Shown: positions 9,692 through 20,719, counted from the first letter of the stretch. The stretch is DNA of 64,000 nt from Sulfolobaceae archaeon (GCA_038893355.1 JAWARQ010000003.1:32001-96000); one strand, 5' to 3'. A program made the numbers and translations. Notes: generated from the letters alone by a model not told the origin.

Positions 9692-12055
9692 TTATACGAA
9701 TAGATGTAAATAGAACGTACTAAATACTACTACCCACACAGCATCTACAAAGTGCCAATAATAGCTTGCAGCAACCGATCCGCCGTATGGATAAACTCCT
9801 TTAAAAGCTCTAGCTAGTACTACAGCCCATATTACTAGTCCCATTATAACGTGGAATGCGTGTAGATTAACAGTAGAATAGAAGAATGCAGCAAAAGCAT
9901 TAGCTTGTGGAGTAAAGTGAATGACATGAGTGAATTCATAGACTTGCCCTAATAAGAATGTTAGACCCATTGCAGAAGTCAGTATTCCAAGAGTCTTAAA
10001 TAACCTTACATTACCACGCTTCATAGCTTCATATGCAAAATGTGCAGGGATGGAGCTCGAAATCAATATCGCACTCATTATAGTTGGTAGCGGGAAGTAT
10101 TCAATTTCAGTTGGTGGCTTTGCAAGTGTGTAAGCTATTGGATTAGTTAGAGGACTTGCTACGAATAAGTAACCTCCTATGAATGACCCGAATAAGAATA
10201 TCTCGGCAACAATGAATAATAATACTGCAGTTCTCGTATCTCTTATCGTTAACAAACCAGATACATTACCATTCGGATCATGATTAGGTAAACCTGCACC
10301 GTCAAACATCTTGGGCGGCATTGTAGTAATTCCTCTAAACCACTGCGAGTAAAGCCAGGCTACTCCTACACCCATGAAGGATAATAAGAACGCAAATCCT
10401 AATGGTAGCATTCCTAAGAAGAAGGCCTGGAACCCTAATGGGACAAATACCATAAACATTCCCAGAACAGAGTAATACGGAAAGCCGTGATAATGTTCTT
10501 CATGAGCACCATCTATTGATTTTCCTAAAGATAACGGTAATGCTATTGGCTTTATATAGAAGTCTGGCATTCCTAATGGCTCTACCTCCCAAGGATCAGT
10601 ACTAGTTACCCTAGGCCCTCTTATCCAAGCGTATATTAATGCACCAAAGAGCATTATAAGTCCTATTCCTATCATTATTCCTCCAACATTTGCCATAAAC
10701 TGGAATGGTTGATATATTATTGAAGGATCTTGGGCATATCTCCTAGGTAAACCTAAAACTCCAGCAATAGACATTGCAGTAGCTAGCATTAAAGAGCCAG
10801 CCAATAATAGTATTGATCCGCTCTTAGCAATTTCTTCATCATACTTCTTACCAGTTAAATATGGGAAGTAATAAACTACACCTGCTAATAATGCTGCTAG
10901 TATTGCAAAAACTACATAGTGAAAGTGACCAACTACAAAGTATGTACCATTTAGGGCATAATCTAGGGGTATTAACGGGAAGAATACGCCAGTTATTCCA
11001 CCGAGTAAGAATAGAATAACAAATGAAAGTGCTAGCAAGAATGGTGCAGTAACCCTTATCCTTGCATCATATAACGTAGCAGTCCAATTGAAGACTTTTA
11101 CTCCAGAAGGAACTGCAATTGCTAAGGTAACTGAACCTGCTAATATTCTTATAGTATCATTAGCAATAGCAGTAAACATGTGATGCATCCAAACACTAAA
11201 TGCGCTAAAGAATGCTATTGCCATTGATGATAATGCAACCATTTTATAGCCATAAATGGGTCTACCAGCCATTCTAGGTAATATTTCTGAAACTAGACCC
11301 ATTGCAGGTAATACAAGTATATAAACCTCTGGATGTCCGAAGAACCAGAACAAGTGTTGCCACAGTATTGGGCTTCCACCCAATGCTGCATTAAAGAACG
11401 GTGTTCCCCAAGCCCTCTCTAAGAACGCCATTACCAAACCGCCAGTTAATGGCGGCAATGCAATTACTAGTAATATTGCTGTAGCAAAAAACGCCCAAAC
11501 AAATAACGGCATTTTAAAGTAGGGAACTTTCCTTAGCTTTACTATAGTCATAATAAAGTTAACTCCAGTTAAAGTAGAAGAAACACCAGCAACTGCTAAT
11601 GATATTTGAAGTAAGTTTACCCCTATCCCGTAATTTACTTGTAAATCAGTAGAGAGTGGGGCATACATATACCAACCAGTATTTACTGGACCGAAATACG
11701 GGGCTATTGCAGCTAAAAGTACTGCAGGCGGTAATATCCAAAATGATAGGGCATTTATCCTAGGCCAATACAAATCATGGGCTCCAATCATTCTCGGAAC
11801 CAGATAGTTAGCGAAACCTGCAGATAATGGCATTACTACAAAGAATATCATGAAAATTCCGTGTAAAGTTACTACATCATAATAATTTACTGCACCTAAA
11901 GTATTATATGTAATCTGGTATCTAATCAGAAACGCGTTAATAGATCCTATTATTAGACTAATTAAACCTAATAATATATATAGCTGCCCTATATCTGAAG
12001 CATTAGTTGTTCTTATAGCAGTACCTAAAATTCTAATTATACGATTCTCTGACAT
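9692..12055 (-). CDS. soxM: Heme-copper oxidase SoxM (subunit I + III fusion)
   Basis: TLHG, GHPEVY, WMHH and GHFHY ligands; C-terminal subunit III (AEIFLF, YWHFVD). Confidence 0.95.
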   Translation of the reverse strand: MSENRIIRILGTAIRTTNASDIGQLYILLGLISLIIGSINAFLIRYQITYNTLGAVNYYDVVTLHGIFMIFFVVMPLSAGFANYLVPRMIGAHDLYWPRINALSFWILPPAVLLAAIAPYFGPVNTGWYMYAPLSTDLQVNYGIGVNLLQISLAVAGVSSTLTGVNFIMTIVKLRKVPYFKMPLFVWAFFATAILLVIALPPLTGGLVMAFLERAWGTPFFNAALGGSPILWQHLFWFFGHPEVYILVLPAMGLVSEILPRMAGRPIYGYKMVALSSMAIAFFSAFSVWMHHMFTAIANDTIRILAGSVTLAIAVPSGVKVFNWTATLYDARIRVTAPFLLALSFVILFLLGGITGVFFPLIPLDYALNGTYFVVGHFHYVVFAILAALLAGVVYYFPYLTGKKYDEEIAKSGSILLLAGSLMLATAMSIAGVLGLPRRYAQDPSIIYQPFQFMANVGGIMIGIGLIMLFGALIYAWIRGPRVTSTDPWEVEPLGMPDFYIKPIALPLSLGKSIDGAHEEHYHGFPYYSVLGMFMVFVPLGFQAFFLGMLPLGFAFLLSFMGVGVAWLYSQWFRGITTMPPKMFDGAGLPNHDPNGNVSGLLTIRDTRTAVLLFIVAEIFLFGSFIGGYLFVASPLTNPIAYTLAKPPTEIEYFPLPTIMSAILISSSIPAHFAYEAMKRGNVRLFKTLGILTSAMGLTFLLGQVYEFTHVIHFTPQANAFAAFFYSTVNLHAFHVIMGLVIWAVVLARAFKGVYPYGGSVAASYYWHFVDAVWVVVFSTFYLHLFV

Positions 12056-12066
12056 TACTTATCGGG

Positions 12067-12103
12067 TAATAGTTATGTTACGAAGATATAAATGTAACTA
12101 TTA
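12067..12103. promoter_or_regulatory. soxM promoter: TATA-like TTTATAT (minus strand) flanked by 9-bp inverted repeat
   Basis: TAATAGTTA (12067-12075) and TAACTATTA (12095-12103), just upstream of the soxM ATG. Confidence 0.4.
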
Positions 12104-12192
12104 AAACTGACAATTTATATATTCATACGATAAACTTGTTTATATAATAGTAATATATTAATATAAAAAATATATAGTAACTTTTAGAAAAA

Positions 12193-12798
12193 TTAAGAAG
12201 ATATTACAACATAAGGTTGAGTATAATTACCTACTATAACATCAATCCACATTCCACTCTGTGCATGACCTGGTACTCCACATAGTATCATATAATATCC
12301 AGCTTGAAGAGGTGGAGAAGAACCACTCGTAGAAGCCCCACCACTTACTAAATGTGTAAGATAATCTGAAGGTGACGCGCCAAATACCGTTATAATTGTC
12401 CCAAAATTCTTAATATCGGGATTTGTGGGAGTTGCTGTAGAGTTCTTAATTAGAACCGCATTATGCGGCTGTGAATCATAATTGGTATACTTTACAAATA
12501 AGGAAAAGCCAGCTGGGATGTAAACTTTCATCTTTCCAAATCCAGTGCCGTTATAGGTATATCCCCCGCCGCTTGTTGTGACTAAATATAGGTATACTGT
12601 TTTTGAGGCATTATCATAACTTAAAGGTATCTGTTTAGGTCCAGTAGTTGTAGTAGCCGTGCCTGCACCAGTGGAAGGTCCAGAAACTAATTGATTATAA
12701 TATAAATATGTATATATTCCAACTCCGATACTAACAATAGCTACAATTATAGCAACTACAACGGTAAACATAGGTGATACTGCCTTATTCATTTTCAT
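12193..12798 (-). CDS. soxE: Sulfocyanin (blue copper protein)
   Basis: N-terminal TM; YNGT, PHN and CGVPGHAQSGM type-1 Cu ligands. Confidence 0.93.
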   Translation of the reverse strand: MKMNKAVSPMFTVVVAIIVAIVSIGVGIYTYLYYNQLVSGPSTGAGTATTTTGPKQIPLSYDNASKTVYLYLVTTSGGGYTYNGTGFGKMKVYIPAGFSLFVKYTNYDSQPHNAVLIKNSTATPTNPDIKNFGTIITVFGASPSDYLTHLVSGGASTSGSSPPLQAGYYMILCGVPGHAQSGMWIDVIVGNYTQPYVVISS

Positions 12799-12993
12799 CG
12801 CAATTTAGAGTGGAATCAGAGTTTTAAAAATTTTCATTATATTTCGTAATCATCTATAGAATATTTTATACATAAAAATTAAATTTTTAAAACAATATAA
12901 AATAAAATTAACCTAAATGAAAGATATAATTAAAATTTCTAGTTAAGCTCATAAAAAATTTAAATACTTGAGATACTAACTTGACAAGAGATT

Positions 12994-13743
12994 ATGGATA
13001 GGAGGACCTTTCTAAAGCTCTATTTAATAGGAGGTGCTGCAATAGCCATATCCCCGTTAATTAAGCCTATATTGGATTATGCAGGATTCTTCTATGGTGA
13101 AATAGTAGAGACATCAAGAAATTATTGGGTTGCTAACAATACTAACGGTTTGGGAGGATTTCCGAAGTATAAAATAGCAAACTATTATAGCGATGTTGCG
13201 CCAGTATTTAATAAGGGATGTCCAGTATACTTTTTTGCATATCCTCTCCAAAATGAACCTTGCTTTTTAGTTGACCTCAAAGTCTTAACTGGCAAAGAAG
13301 TTCCTGAAATACAGAACCCATATTATGGGAAGTATCCTGGTCCACTTGGTTCATTAAAGACTATTAAGGGAGTTGGCCCATCGAATTCAATTTATGCCTT
13401 TTCAGCTGTTTGTGTACATTTAGGATGCCAGCTTCCAGCACAGGTTAAGTCGAATAATCCAGATTTGCCGGGGTTAAATCCATCAACCTCAATATTGCAT
13501 TGCCCCTGCCACGGATCTATGTTTAAGTTAGATGAAGGAGGAGTTGTTGTTGGTGGACCTGCAAATAGGCCATTACCAATGGTAATCTTAGATTATGACC
13601 CATCTACCGGTGACATATTTGCAGTAGGAGACAATGCACCATACTTTTCAGCAGGACTTCCAAGGAATACTCCTAGTGATAACTTACTGTATGATCCTAG
13701 ATATAGTTATAGTGTTCCTTCTAACCCTGCATGTCAAGGGTGA
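12994..13743 (+). CDS. soxF: Rieske Fe-S protein
   Basis: Tat signal DRRTFLK; CVHLGC and CPCHGS. Confidence 0.93.
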   Translation: MDRRTFLKLYLIGGAAIAISPLIKPILDYAGFFYGEIVETSRNYWVANNTNGLGGFPKYKIANYYSDVAPVFNKGCPVYFFAYPLQNEPCFLVDLKVLTGKEVPEIQNPYYGKYPGPLGSLKTIKGVGPSNSIYAFSAVCVHLGCQLPAQVKSNNPDLPGLNPSTSILHCPCHGSMFKLDEGGVVVGGPANRPLPMVILDYDPSTGDIFAVGDNAPYFSAGLPRNTPSDNLLYDPRYSYSVPSNPACQG

Positions 13744-13749
13744 GATTGA

Positions 13750-15282
13750 ATGGCTGGAGAAGGAAAGAAGGGAGGACTATTTGAGAGGTTTTTAAGATGG
13801 CTAGATGAAAGAGTAGGAATTTATGGTCATGTTGCAAGACCTGCTCCTAAATATGCTTATAGACTTGATTACTGGCTGGGCGGATTTGTTTTAGCATCAT
13901 TAGTTTTTGAGATAATAACTGGTGCTATAATAGCATTATATTACACTCCAAGTGACCCCTATAAGTCTACAGTATACTTAATAACTCAAGTACCATACGG
14001 TGCACTTCTCTTTAGCCTTCATAGTTGGGGAGCGTATGTAATGGTCGGTGCGATGCTTATTCACATGACTAGAAATTTCATAGTTGGAGCATATAGACCT
14101 CCAAGGGAAATGATGTGGGTTGTGGGTACTATACTAGCAGGTTTAACATTAACTGAGGCTTATTTAGGCTATTCATTACCTTATAACTTAATATCATGGG
14201 TTGCAACTACTACTGGACTTAATTTATTTAGTTATATGCCATTAAATATTGGATCTTTAATAACGATATTTACTTTAGTAGACCCTAACCAACCTGGAAT
14301 AATGTCAGGCGTAGATCCATTGGTACATAGATTTTTTGTATTTCATTGGATAGTAGGAGGTCTACTTCTCTTAGTCGTTGCTATTCATCTTTACATTTTT
14401 GAAGTTCACGGAATAACACCGCCATTAAGGCAAGTAAAGCCTGGAGCACCAGAATTAATAGACTATTATACTGATAGAATTGAAAGATCTCCAGAATGGA
14501 AATTGCAGCCTCTTATAAGGTCAATAGGATTTGTAGTAATGATATTCCTAGCAACTTTTGCCACAATATTCATAATAGCATCAATATTCCCATTTGATAT
14601 TGCAATTCAAAACGGTAAAATAGTGTACTTAAAGCCAGAGTATAATCCAGTAGAGGCTGCAAACACCCCACCTTTACCAGATTGGTACTTCTTATTCGTT
14701 TATTTCTTCTATAAGGCTACTAATGGTTATAATGCGTCTATAATATTCCTAGGATGGGTAATTGTAACAATACTGTTCCCATTTATAGAAATATACATAT
14801 TTAGACATAAAGGACCACATCCTGCATTAAGGCCTGCAGCAATCTCATTAGGAACCGGATTCATAGTTGCATTTATTGTAAATAGTGTTTGGGCCTATTT
14901 AACGCCAGGCGTTGAAATAGGAACTATAGGGCTTGTGGTTGATGCGATAATTTTCATTGCTTCTTTTGCAGTTTTATGGCCTATTTTAAGGTATAAGATT
15001 CAGCCGAAGTTAAAGTTTATAGAACCACCTATGACCGATGGAGGTACATATATAGGATTAGAAAGACCAAGTATCTTGGATAATAAATTAGTATATCTTG
15101 TAACCAACTCTTCATTAATTCTATCGATAACTATTGTCAATTACTTCTTACTACAACTATTAAGTAGCTTAACATTAGGCTTATTAAGTGCGCAGTTTGA
15201 GATAGGTAAACTTATAGGATTAGAGTTTTTATTAATCTCAGTATTCCTTTACGTTAATATAAGGAGGTTTGGGAGAAAATGA
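13750..15282 (+). CDS. soxG: Cytochrome b of SoxM supercomplex
   Basis: SLHSWGA, IHMTR, FHW, IHL heme His residues; PDWY. Confidence 0.92.
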   Translation: MAGEGKKGGLFERFLRWLDERVGIYGHVARPAPKYAYRLDYWLGGFVLASLVFEIITGAIIALYYTPSDPYKSTVYLITQVPYGALLFSLHSWGAYVMVGAMLIHMTRNFIVGAYRPPREMMWVVGTILAGLTLTEAYLGYSLPYNLISWVATTTGLNLFSYMPLNIGSLITIFTLVDPNQPGIMSGVDPLVHRFFVFHWIVGGLLLLVVAIHLYIFEVHGITPPLRQVKPGAPELIDYYTDRIERSPEWKLQPLIRSIGFVVMIFLATFATIFIIASIFPFDIAIQNGKIVYLKPEYNPVEAANTPPLPDWYFLFVYFFYKATNGYNASIIFLGWVIVTILFPFIEIYIFRHKGPHPALRPAAISLGTGFIVAFIVNSVWAYLTPGVEIGTIGLVVDAIIFIASFAVLWPILRYKIQPKLKFIEPPMTDGGTYIGLERPSILDNKLVYLVTNSSLILSITIVNYFLLQLLSSLTLGLLSAQFEIGKLIGLEFLLISVFLYVNIRRFGRK

Positions 15283-15716
15283 AGATGGAAAGACTTTTTG
15301 AAATTTTGACCATTGTTTTTTCTATAACTGTCCTAGTCATCCTAGGATATATGGCCTACTCTTATTTAATAGTAATAGATAATGGATTATATAATGGACA
15401 GCCTCCTACCAATGTGACCGTAATTAGGGTAATAGCATTCCAATATGGATGGAAATTTATTTATCCTAATGGTACTGTGTCAATAGATACATTAACTATT
15501 AAAGCTAATCAAACTTACCTATTACTTTTAAATTCAACTGATGTAATACATGCATTCTATATCCCTCAGCTAGGATACAAGTTTGAAGCAATCCCTGGCG
15601 AAGAATATAAGATTTACCTAGTAGTTAATAAGCCAGGAACATATGATATTTATTGTGCAGAATTCTGTGGCCCCGGACATTATTTAATGTTAGGAAAGTT
15701 AGTGGTGGTGAGTTAA
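15279..15716 (+). CDS. soxH: Oxidase subunit II with CuA centre
   Basis: FQYGW, DVIH and CAEFCGPGHYLM. Confidence 0.93.
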   Translation: MKMERLFEILTIVFSITVLVILGYMAYSYLIVIDNGLYNGQPPTNVTVIRVIAFQYGWKFIYPNGTVSIDTLTIKANQTYLLLLNSTDVIHAFYIPQLGYKFEAIPGEEYKIYLVVNKPGTYDIYCAEFCGPGHYLMLGKLVVVS

Positions 15717-15717
15717 G

Positions 15718-16188
15718 ATGCCCAAGTTAAGTGGTACTGATTATGTATTATGGATTTTAATAATACTAGTCTTGTTCTTCGTTTACTTATGGATAGGAAA
15801 TTTTGGAAATTTAGAATTCTTAACCACCTCACCTACATCAACCTATGTAGAAACGTTATGGAAATTAACCTATTTAGCGTCTGGAATAATATTTGCAGTA
15901 TTCATGGGTAGTATAATATTCTTAGCAGCAAGGTTTAGGTTAAAAAGGTCAGTTACTACTGAGAGAAGTCTAATTGAAGAACAGAGAAGAGTAAATAGTT
16001 ATTATGCGTTAGGCCTCGCTTTAAATCTTGTTGCTGCTATATTCATAACCTATATGATATTTAACATTTCGTATAGTTCATTAACGAATTTAATGCAAAA
16101 CCAATTTTTAATAGGATTATTAGTCTCCGCCGATTTAATGGTATTTGCGTCAATAATATATTTAGTTTATAAACAATTTTTTGATTGA
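15718..16188 (+). CDS. soxI: Small membrane subunit SoxI
   Basis: About 4 TM helices; directly after soxH, as in Sulfolobales soxM clusters. Confidence 0.7.
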   Translation: MPKLSGTDYVLWILIILVLFFVYLWIGNFGNLEFLTTSPTSTYVETLWKLTYLASGIIFAVFMGSIIFLAARFRLKRSVTTERSLIEEQRRVNSYYALGLALNLVAAIFITYMIFNISYSSLTNLMQNQFLIGLLVSADLMVFASIIYLVYKQFFD

Positions 16189-16193
16189 TTTTT

Positions 16194-16916
16194 TTAAACT
16201 GAAAGAGCACCAATTATTTCTTTTTCGCTTACATAACCCTCTAAACCAAATGGACTAACGGCAGGAAGAAATCCTATATTTCTCTGGCTCATCAAAAATC
16301 TCGCGTATTCTAAATTTGCGTCTACATTAACTACAATTACACTCGAAGACATTATATAATTTACCTTTATCTCTCTTAAATCTCTTCTTGAGAGAAGTAT
16401 TCTTCCAATATCCTTTACAGATACGACACCTACTGGTCTCCTTTCCTCTACTATTATTGCATGCCTCTGCCAATTGCTTTTTAGAAATTCAATCACCTCT
16501 AAAACTGAGGCATCTCTAACGGTGAGTAAGGGATTTTTACCCATTATGTCTGAGACTTTTACGTTTTGAGGCGCCTTAACATTTCTTACTATATCCCTCT
16601 CAGTAACTATTCCTATTATATTATCCTTACTACCTACTAGTAACGAGCCAATCCCCTTTATTGCCATGAGCTTTATAGCCTCTTTAATGTCCGCATCTGG
16701 AGAAACAAAATACACTTCTTTACTTGAAATTTTTGAAACAGGCTCATTAAGATTTTGCCAAGAGTATACTATATCCCTTATAGTAACTATCCCTTCCCCT
16801 TTACCTATTACTAGCCTTCTAATATTGTTCCTAATCATTAACTCTAGTGCTTCTATTGCCCTTGTTTCGGGTTTAACACCAATTACATCTTTTGACATTA
16901 TTTCATATACCTTCAT
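16194..16916 (-). CDS. Protein with four CBS domains
   Basis: GIVTIRD, GIVTERD, GVVSVKD and GYVSEKE. Confidence 0.9.
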   Translation of the reverse strand: MKVYEIMSKDVIGVKPETRAIEALELMIRNNIRRLVIGKGEGIVTIRDIVYSWQNLNEPVSKISSKEVYFVSPDADIKEAIKLMAIKGIGSLLVGSKDNIIGIVTERDIVRNVKAPQNVKVSDIMGKNPLLTVRDASVLEVIEFLKSNWQRHAIIVEERRPVGVVSVKDIGRILLSRRDLREIKVNYIMSSSVIVVNVDANLEYARFLMSQRNIGFLPAVSPFGLEGYVSEKEIIGALSV

Positions 16917-16983
16917 ATTTAATCATATAATATTTAACTTGAATAGGTTAAAGTTTTCTAATCCCTTCTTCACAAATTTTCAT

Positions 16984-17544
16984 ATGGTTAACTTAATAGA
17001 ATATGTTGGTGGAATAAGGAATAATCCCCTAAAACTCACATTTATACTAATTTTAGTATTCTCATTTACAAACCCTTGGGTAGAGGATTTGATGTTTTAT
17101 AAACCCTATATATTCATGACTTCCCATTACTCATTAATATTCTCTGGAATACTTACTGGTAGTTGGTTCTTTAAGGGTAATAAGTTCCTAATAATTTTAG
17201 GAATAATTCCAATAATTTTATGGCATATACCATTACCATGGTTTTTATCATCTATTAATTACTTTTATAGAATTTTAAGTGAAATCACATTATGGCTTGG
17301 AGGTTTATTAGTCGGGATTTCCATTAAGGAATTGAAGTTAGTGTTTAAGATTGTTCTTTTAGCCCTTTGGATGCTGGGGGATACTGGACTATCTATACTT
17401 TTCCTAGTAGGAAATAATAGTTATTTGACCCCATATTATAATTTAGGAGACTTGCAGATCACTGGTGCAGTCATGTTCGTACTTATGAATTTGTTTCTAA
17501 TATATATCCTTGCTATTTGGTTTAAGAAGTATTTCCAGATTTAA
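16984..17544 (+). CDS. DUF1404 membrane protein (likely start 16984, not 16666)
   Basis: MTSHY, LWHIP, WMLGD and MFVLMN. The longer ORF overlaps the CBS gene antisense. Confidence 0.75.
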   Translation: MVNLIEYVGGIRNNPLKLTFILILVFSFTNPWVEDLMFYKPYIFMTSHYSLIFSGILTGSWFFKGNKFLIILGIIPIILWHIPLPWFLSSINYFYRILSEITLWLGGLLVGISIKELKLVFKIVLLALWMLGDTGLSILFLVGNNSYLTPYYNLGDLQITGAVMFVLMNLFLIYILAIWFKKYFQI

Positions 17545-18256
17545 AATTAAATTTACATAAATTTTTATAATTTATCGATAATGCTATTAATGTAACGATA
17601 GGTAAGAGTATGTATAATAATAAAAGGACTGGGCCATATGAGGATAATATAGCTATTTGTGAGAGTGGTAGATAGCTTAAAAGAATTGAAGGAATACTTA
17701 GACAACAACTAGCACCACTGATAACCCCTATAGTAGGTACTACTACTATCATTCTGAATTTTTTCGAAAATTTCCAAATTTTCAGAATCTCTAATATACT
17801 GGAAGTAACTAGAATGGAGATAATAGCACCAGTAAATATACTAAAGAAGGATAATTCTATTATGAAAATAGGAGGAATAGTAATTAATATTGATGGTGAG
17901 AAAAATATATTTATTAAAAATGTTTGAAGGTCTGCAGGAAAGGGAGATGTCGTAAGAAATATTGAAAAACTACTTGTTATTACTGTTATTAAGTTTATAT
18001 TATAAATCCAACTTAATATTCTCTCTAAAGCAATACTGTATATAAAGTAATGAGTTATTATATAAGGTATAAAAATAGACCAAGTAATCATTTTTTTAGA
18101 ATTAAATAAAATTTCTTGAATGGATTGCTTAAGAGGATAGTATAACAAGAAGGTTACTAGACTAATCCAGAATATTAAACTTCCTATTAAATCTGAAAAT
18201 GCTCTTATCATAAACCCTGCAATCATTAAGGTTATTAAAATTCCTCTAATTTTCAT
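17522..18256 (-). CDS. Multi-pass membrane protein with Cys-Cys motif (paralog of 8954-9688)
   Basis: YIITHY, SPSI and SGASCCLSIPS. Confidence 0.75.
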   Translation of the reverse strand: MKIRGILITLMIAGFMIRAFSDLIGSLIFWISLVTFLLYYPLKQSIQEILFNSKKMITWSIFIPYIITHYFIYSIALERILSWIYNINLITVITSSFSIFLTTSPFPADLQTFLINIFFSPSILITIPPIFIIELSFFSIFTGAIISILVTSSILEILKIWKFSKKFRMIVVVPTIGVISGASCCLSIPSILLSYLPLSQIAILSSYGPVLLLLYILLPIVTLIALSINYKNLCKFNFKSGNTS

Positions 18257-18359
18257 TAGTATACTCTAACTTTTGTAAATTTAAACTTTTCTTTTAAAAC
18301 TGAATTCTTTTAAGCTTTCTCCAAATAGTTCATATAAGCGAAGTTTTGAAATTAATAAT

Positions 18360-19094
18360 ATGGAAAAGATAGCGATTGTAACTGGGGCTTCAAAAGGAAT
18401 AGGATATGCAACTGTACTTGAACTTGAAAAGCATAATTACATAACTGTAGCAATTTCGCGCACTGAACCTACAGTAGGGAAGGTAAGTTATAAGTTAGAT
18501 GTTACTGAAAAGGATAAAGTATTTGATGTTGTAAATGAGATTATAGAAAAATTTGGTAAAATAGATGTATTGGTAAATAATGCAGGATTTGGAATATATG
18601 GTGAATTTGTTGAGACTTCGCTAGAAGAGGAGGAGTATATGGTTAAGACTAACTTTTTAGGAGTGCTCTATTTTACTAAGGCCGTATTGCCTCATATGAT
18701 AAAGAGAAAGCAAGGAAATATTATTAACATTGTTTCTGAAGCGGCTTACATTGCTCTACCTAAACTTTCAGTATATTCTGCAACAAAGGCTGCAGTAGCA
18801 CACTTTACTAATGCCTTATGGGCGGAGGTCAAGAAATATGGAGTAAAAGTATCTGGAGTTTATCCTGGACCGGTAAATACTAACTTCACTTCCCACCCAT
18901 CGTTCAGAAAGTCAAAAAATACGTTATGGAAATTATCAATCTCTCCAGAAAAGGTTGCTAAAGCTGTTATTAAGGCAATAAAAACCGGTAAGAGAGAAAT
19001 ATATGTGCCCTCAAAACTTTTAGTTGATCCTTATTTCCTAAAACTAAGTTATACTTTTCAATCTTTAATATATACAATATTAAGTAAATTCTAA
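18360..19094 (+). CDS. Short-chain dehydrogenase/reductase
   Basis: TGASKGIG, NNAG and YSATK. Confidence 0.95.
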   Translation: MEKIAIVTGASKGIGYATVLELEKHNYITVAISRTEPTVGKVSYKLDVTEKDKVFDVVNEIIEKFGKIDVLVNNAGFGIYGEFVETSLEEEEYMVKTNFLGVLYFTKAVLPHMIKRKQGNIINIVSEAAYIALPKLSVYSATKAAVAHFTNALWAEVKKYGVKVSGVYPGPVNTNFTSHPSFRKSKNTLWKLSISPEKVAKAVIKAIKTGKREIYVPSKLLVDPYFLKLSYTFQSLIYTILSKF

Positions 19095-20114
19095 AATTTT
19101 TTCTTCTTGAAGAAGTAAAGATAATTTTGGTGGTAAATCTTGAAGAGAAGTAAAGATAATTTTAGGCTTTGAGTAATTTAATAAAGATTCTAGACCACCA
19201 GAAAGAATAAGTTGATAAATAAATTCAACACCAGAGTTAGTGAAGGCAGTGATGTAGAGAAAATTTGGTTCTCCCTTTATTTGAATGTTTTGATTATATA
19301 ATTTAATTATATAAGAAAATTCTGAATAAAAATTAGAGTAATTTTCATTACCGAAATTTAGATACGGGGGAAGCTGGATATACTTTAAATTCATTCTATC
19401 AGCTAAGGACTTGTATGTCACAATAAACTGAACCCCATTATTCTCTAGTACTGTTAATGCCTCTAAATCGGATGAAAACTCTATTGCACAGCTATTAATA
19501 AGGCATCTTTGTAGGTAATAAGAAGAGTTTTTATAAAATATTTCCCCAGCAGCCTCTAATATTAGTTTGAAGTAAATTCCAGTAAAGGATGATAAAGGGT
19601 TAACACTCCCAATTTTTACTAGGCCAGATGTTATATAGTCAAAGAAACCCTTCATAGAGAGATTGCTATTAATTAAATAATTATATTCTTGACCATTAGT
19701 AGCAAATACCACTTCATCAGTACCGAGTAAAATTACCCACTTCACCTTTTTAGGATAGATTAGATCATAGAATCCATTTGAAATTATAATATCTGGTGTA
19801 AAATTGACTAAGCTGTTTAATAAGATTATATTATTTAAATTAATAAAAGTATAATTTTTTAATATATTACTTAATAAAAGTGAGTAGGGCTGAGAGATAT
19901 AAATGGTTAAGTTTAATCTCGGATTATTCTTAAAAGTTGTAGTAGATGTTATTTGAATTTTAGAATTTTGATTATTAAATAAACTACTAAATATTGTCAT
20001 ATCAATCACAGCTAATAATATAATAAAAATTAAGATTAATATTAAAGTTTTATTTTTTATTATTATCATTATCTTCTTATAATTCACTTTCTCTTTACAC
20101 CTTCTATTATCCAA
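19080..20114 (-). CDS. Divergent ModA/WtpA-like solute-binding protein with N-terminal anchor
   Basis: TM plus Thr-rich linker; IGSVNP, YKSLA and LPPYLNFG resemble WtpA. Start uncertain. Confidence 0.6.
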   Translation of the reverse strand: MDNRRCKEKVNYKKIMIIIKNKTLILILIFIILLAVIDMTIFSSLFNNQNSKIQITSTTTFKNNPRLNLTIYISQPYSLLLSNILKNYTFINLNNIILLNSLVNFTPDIIISNGFYDLIYPKKVKWVILLGTDEVVFATNGQEYNYLINSNLSMKGFFDYITSGLVKIGSVNPLSSFTGIYFKLILEAAGEIFYKNSSYYLQRCLINSCAIEFSSDLEALTVLENNGVQFIVTYKSLADRMNLKYIQLPPYLNFGNENYSNFYSEFSYIIKLYNQNIQIKGEPNFLYITAFTNSGVEFIYQLILSGGLESLLNYSKPKIIFTSLQDLPPKLSLLLQEEKILEFT

Positions 20115-20719
20115 TATCCTTTTCTCTGTATTATTTTAATTACTTCAAATTTATAAGAGAGAACTTTTATAGCTTGAAGGGGATCTGCCCCACCTTTTAT
20201 AATATCCCTTAATATTAAGTACACCCTTTTACCTCTCTTTAATATCCTATTAACCTCTCTTATTATCTCATAATCAAGAATTTCAAATATAATAACTCCA
20301 TCAAAACAGTTATCTCTAAAAGGGAATGGGAAAATTCCTCTTACGGTATTACCATCATTAGTATCAGTTCCAAGATATATCCCATTATTTAATAACTTAT
20401 ATCCTATTTGAAGAAGCTTATTAGGATTTACGATAGGCCTAATTTCAGATAGAAAGTTCATTATATCTTCTTTTTTTAATAATATTTCATTATTAACACT
20501 ATTTCCAAATAAAACCACTTCCTCTGCAATTCCCTTTAATATACTCAATTCCCCAATAAGTGCTTTTTCGACTATTAGTCTTTTAGGCCTCATTTTTAAT
20601 AAGGAGGAAATCTTATCTGGAAGTATATCGTATTCTCTTCCTTCAGAATCAATAGCCTTAATTGCACCAAGGATCGTATTGCCGTATTCGTTATTATAGA
20701 GTAACCTTAACTCATCCAC
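20084..20719 (-). CDS. Methyltransferase-like protein (partial SAM fold)
   Basis: FPFRDNCFDGV...EVNRILKRG is a class I MTase C-terminal signature; no clear motif I. Confidence 0.6.
   Translation of the reverse strand: MDELRLLYNNEYGNTILGAIKAIDSEGREYDILPDKISSLLKMRPKRLIVEKALIGELSILKGIAEEVVLFGNSVNNEILLKKEDIMNFLSEIRPIVNPNKLLQIGYKLLNNGIYLGTDTNDGNTVRGIFPFPFRDNCFDGVIIFEILDYEIIREVNRILKRGKRVYLILRDIIKGGADPLQAIKVLSYKFEVIKIIQRKGYWIIEGVKRK

Noticed and set aside
9692-16188. Divergent soxM-soxE / soxFGHI layout as a novel rearrangement
   Set aside because: The order M-E-F-G-H-I matches what I recall for Sulfolobus and Saccharolobus.
16666-16983. N-terminal extension of the 292-aa ORF
   Set aside because: Largely antisense to the CBS gene; paralog similarity starts only after Met 16984.
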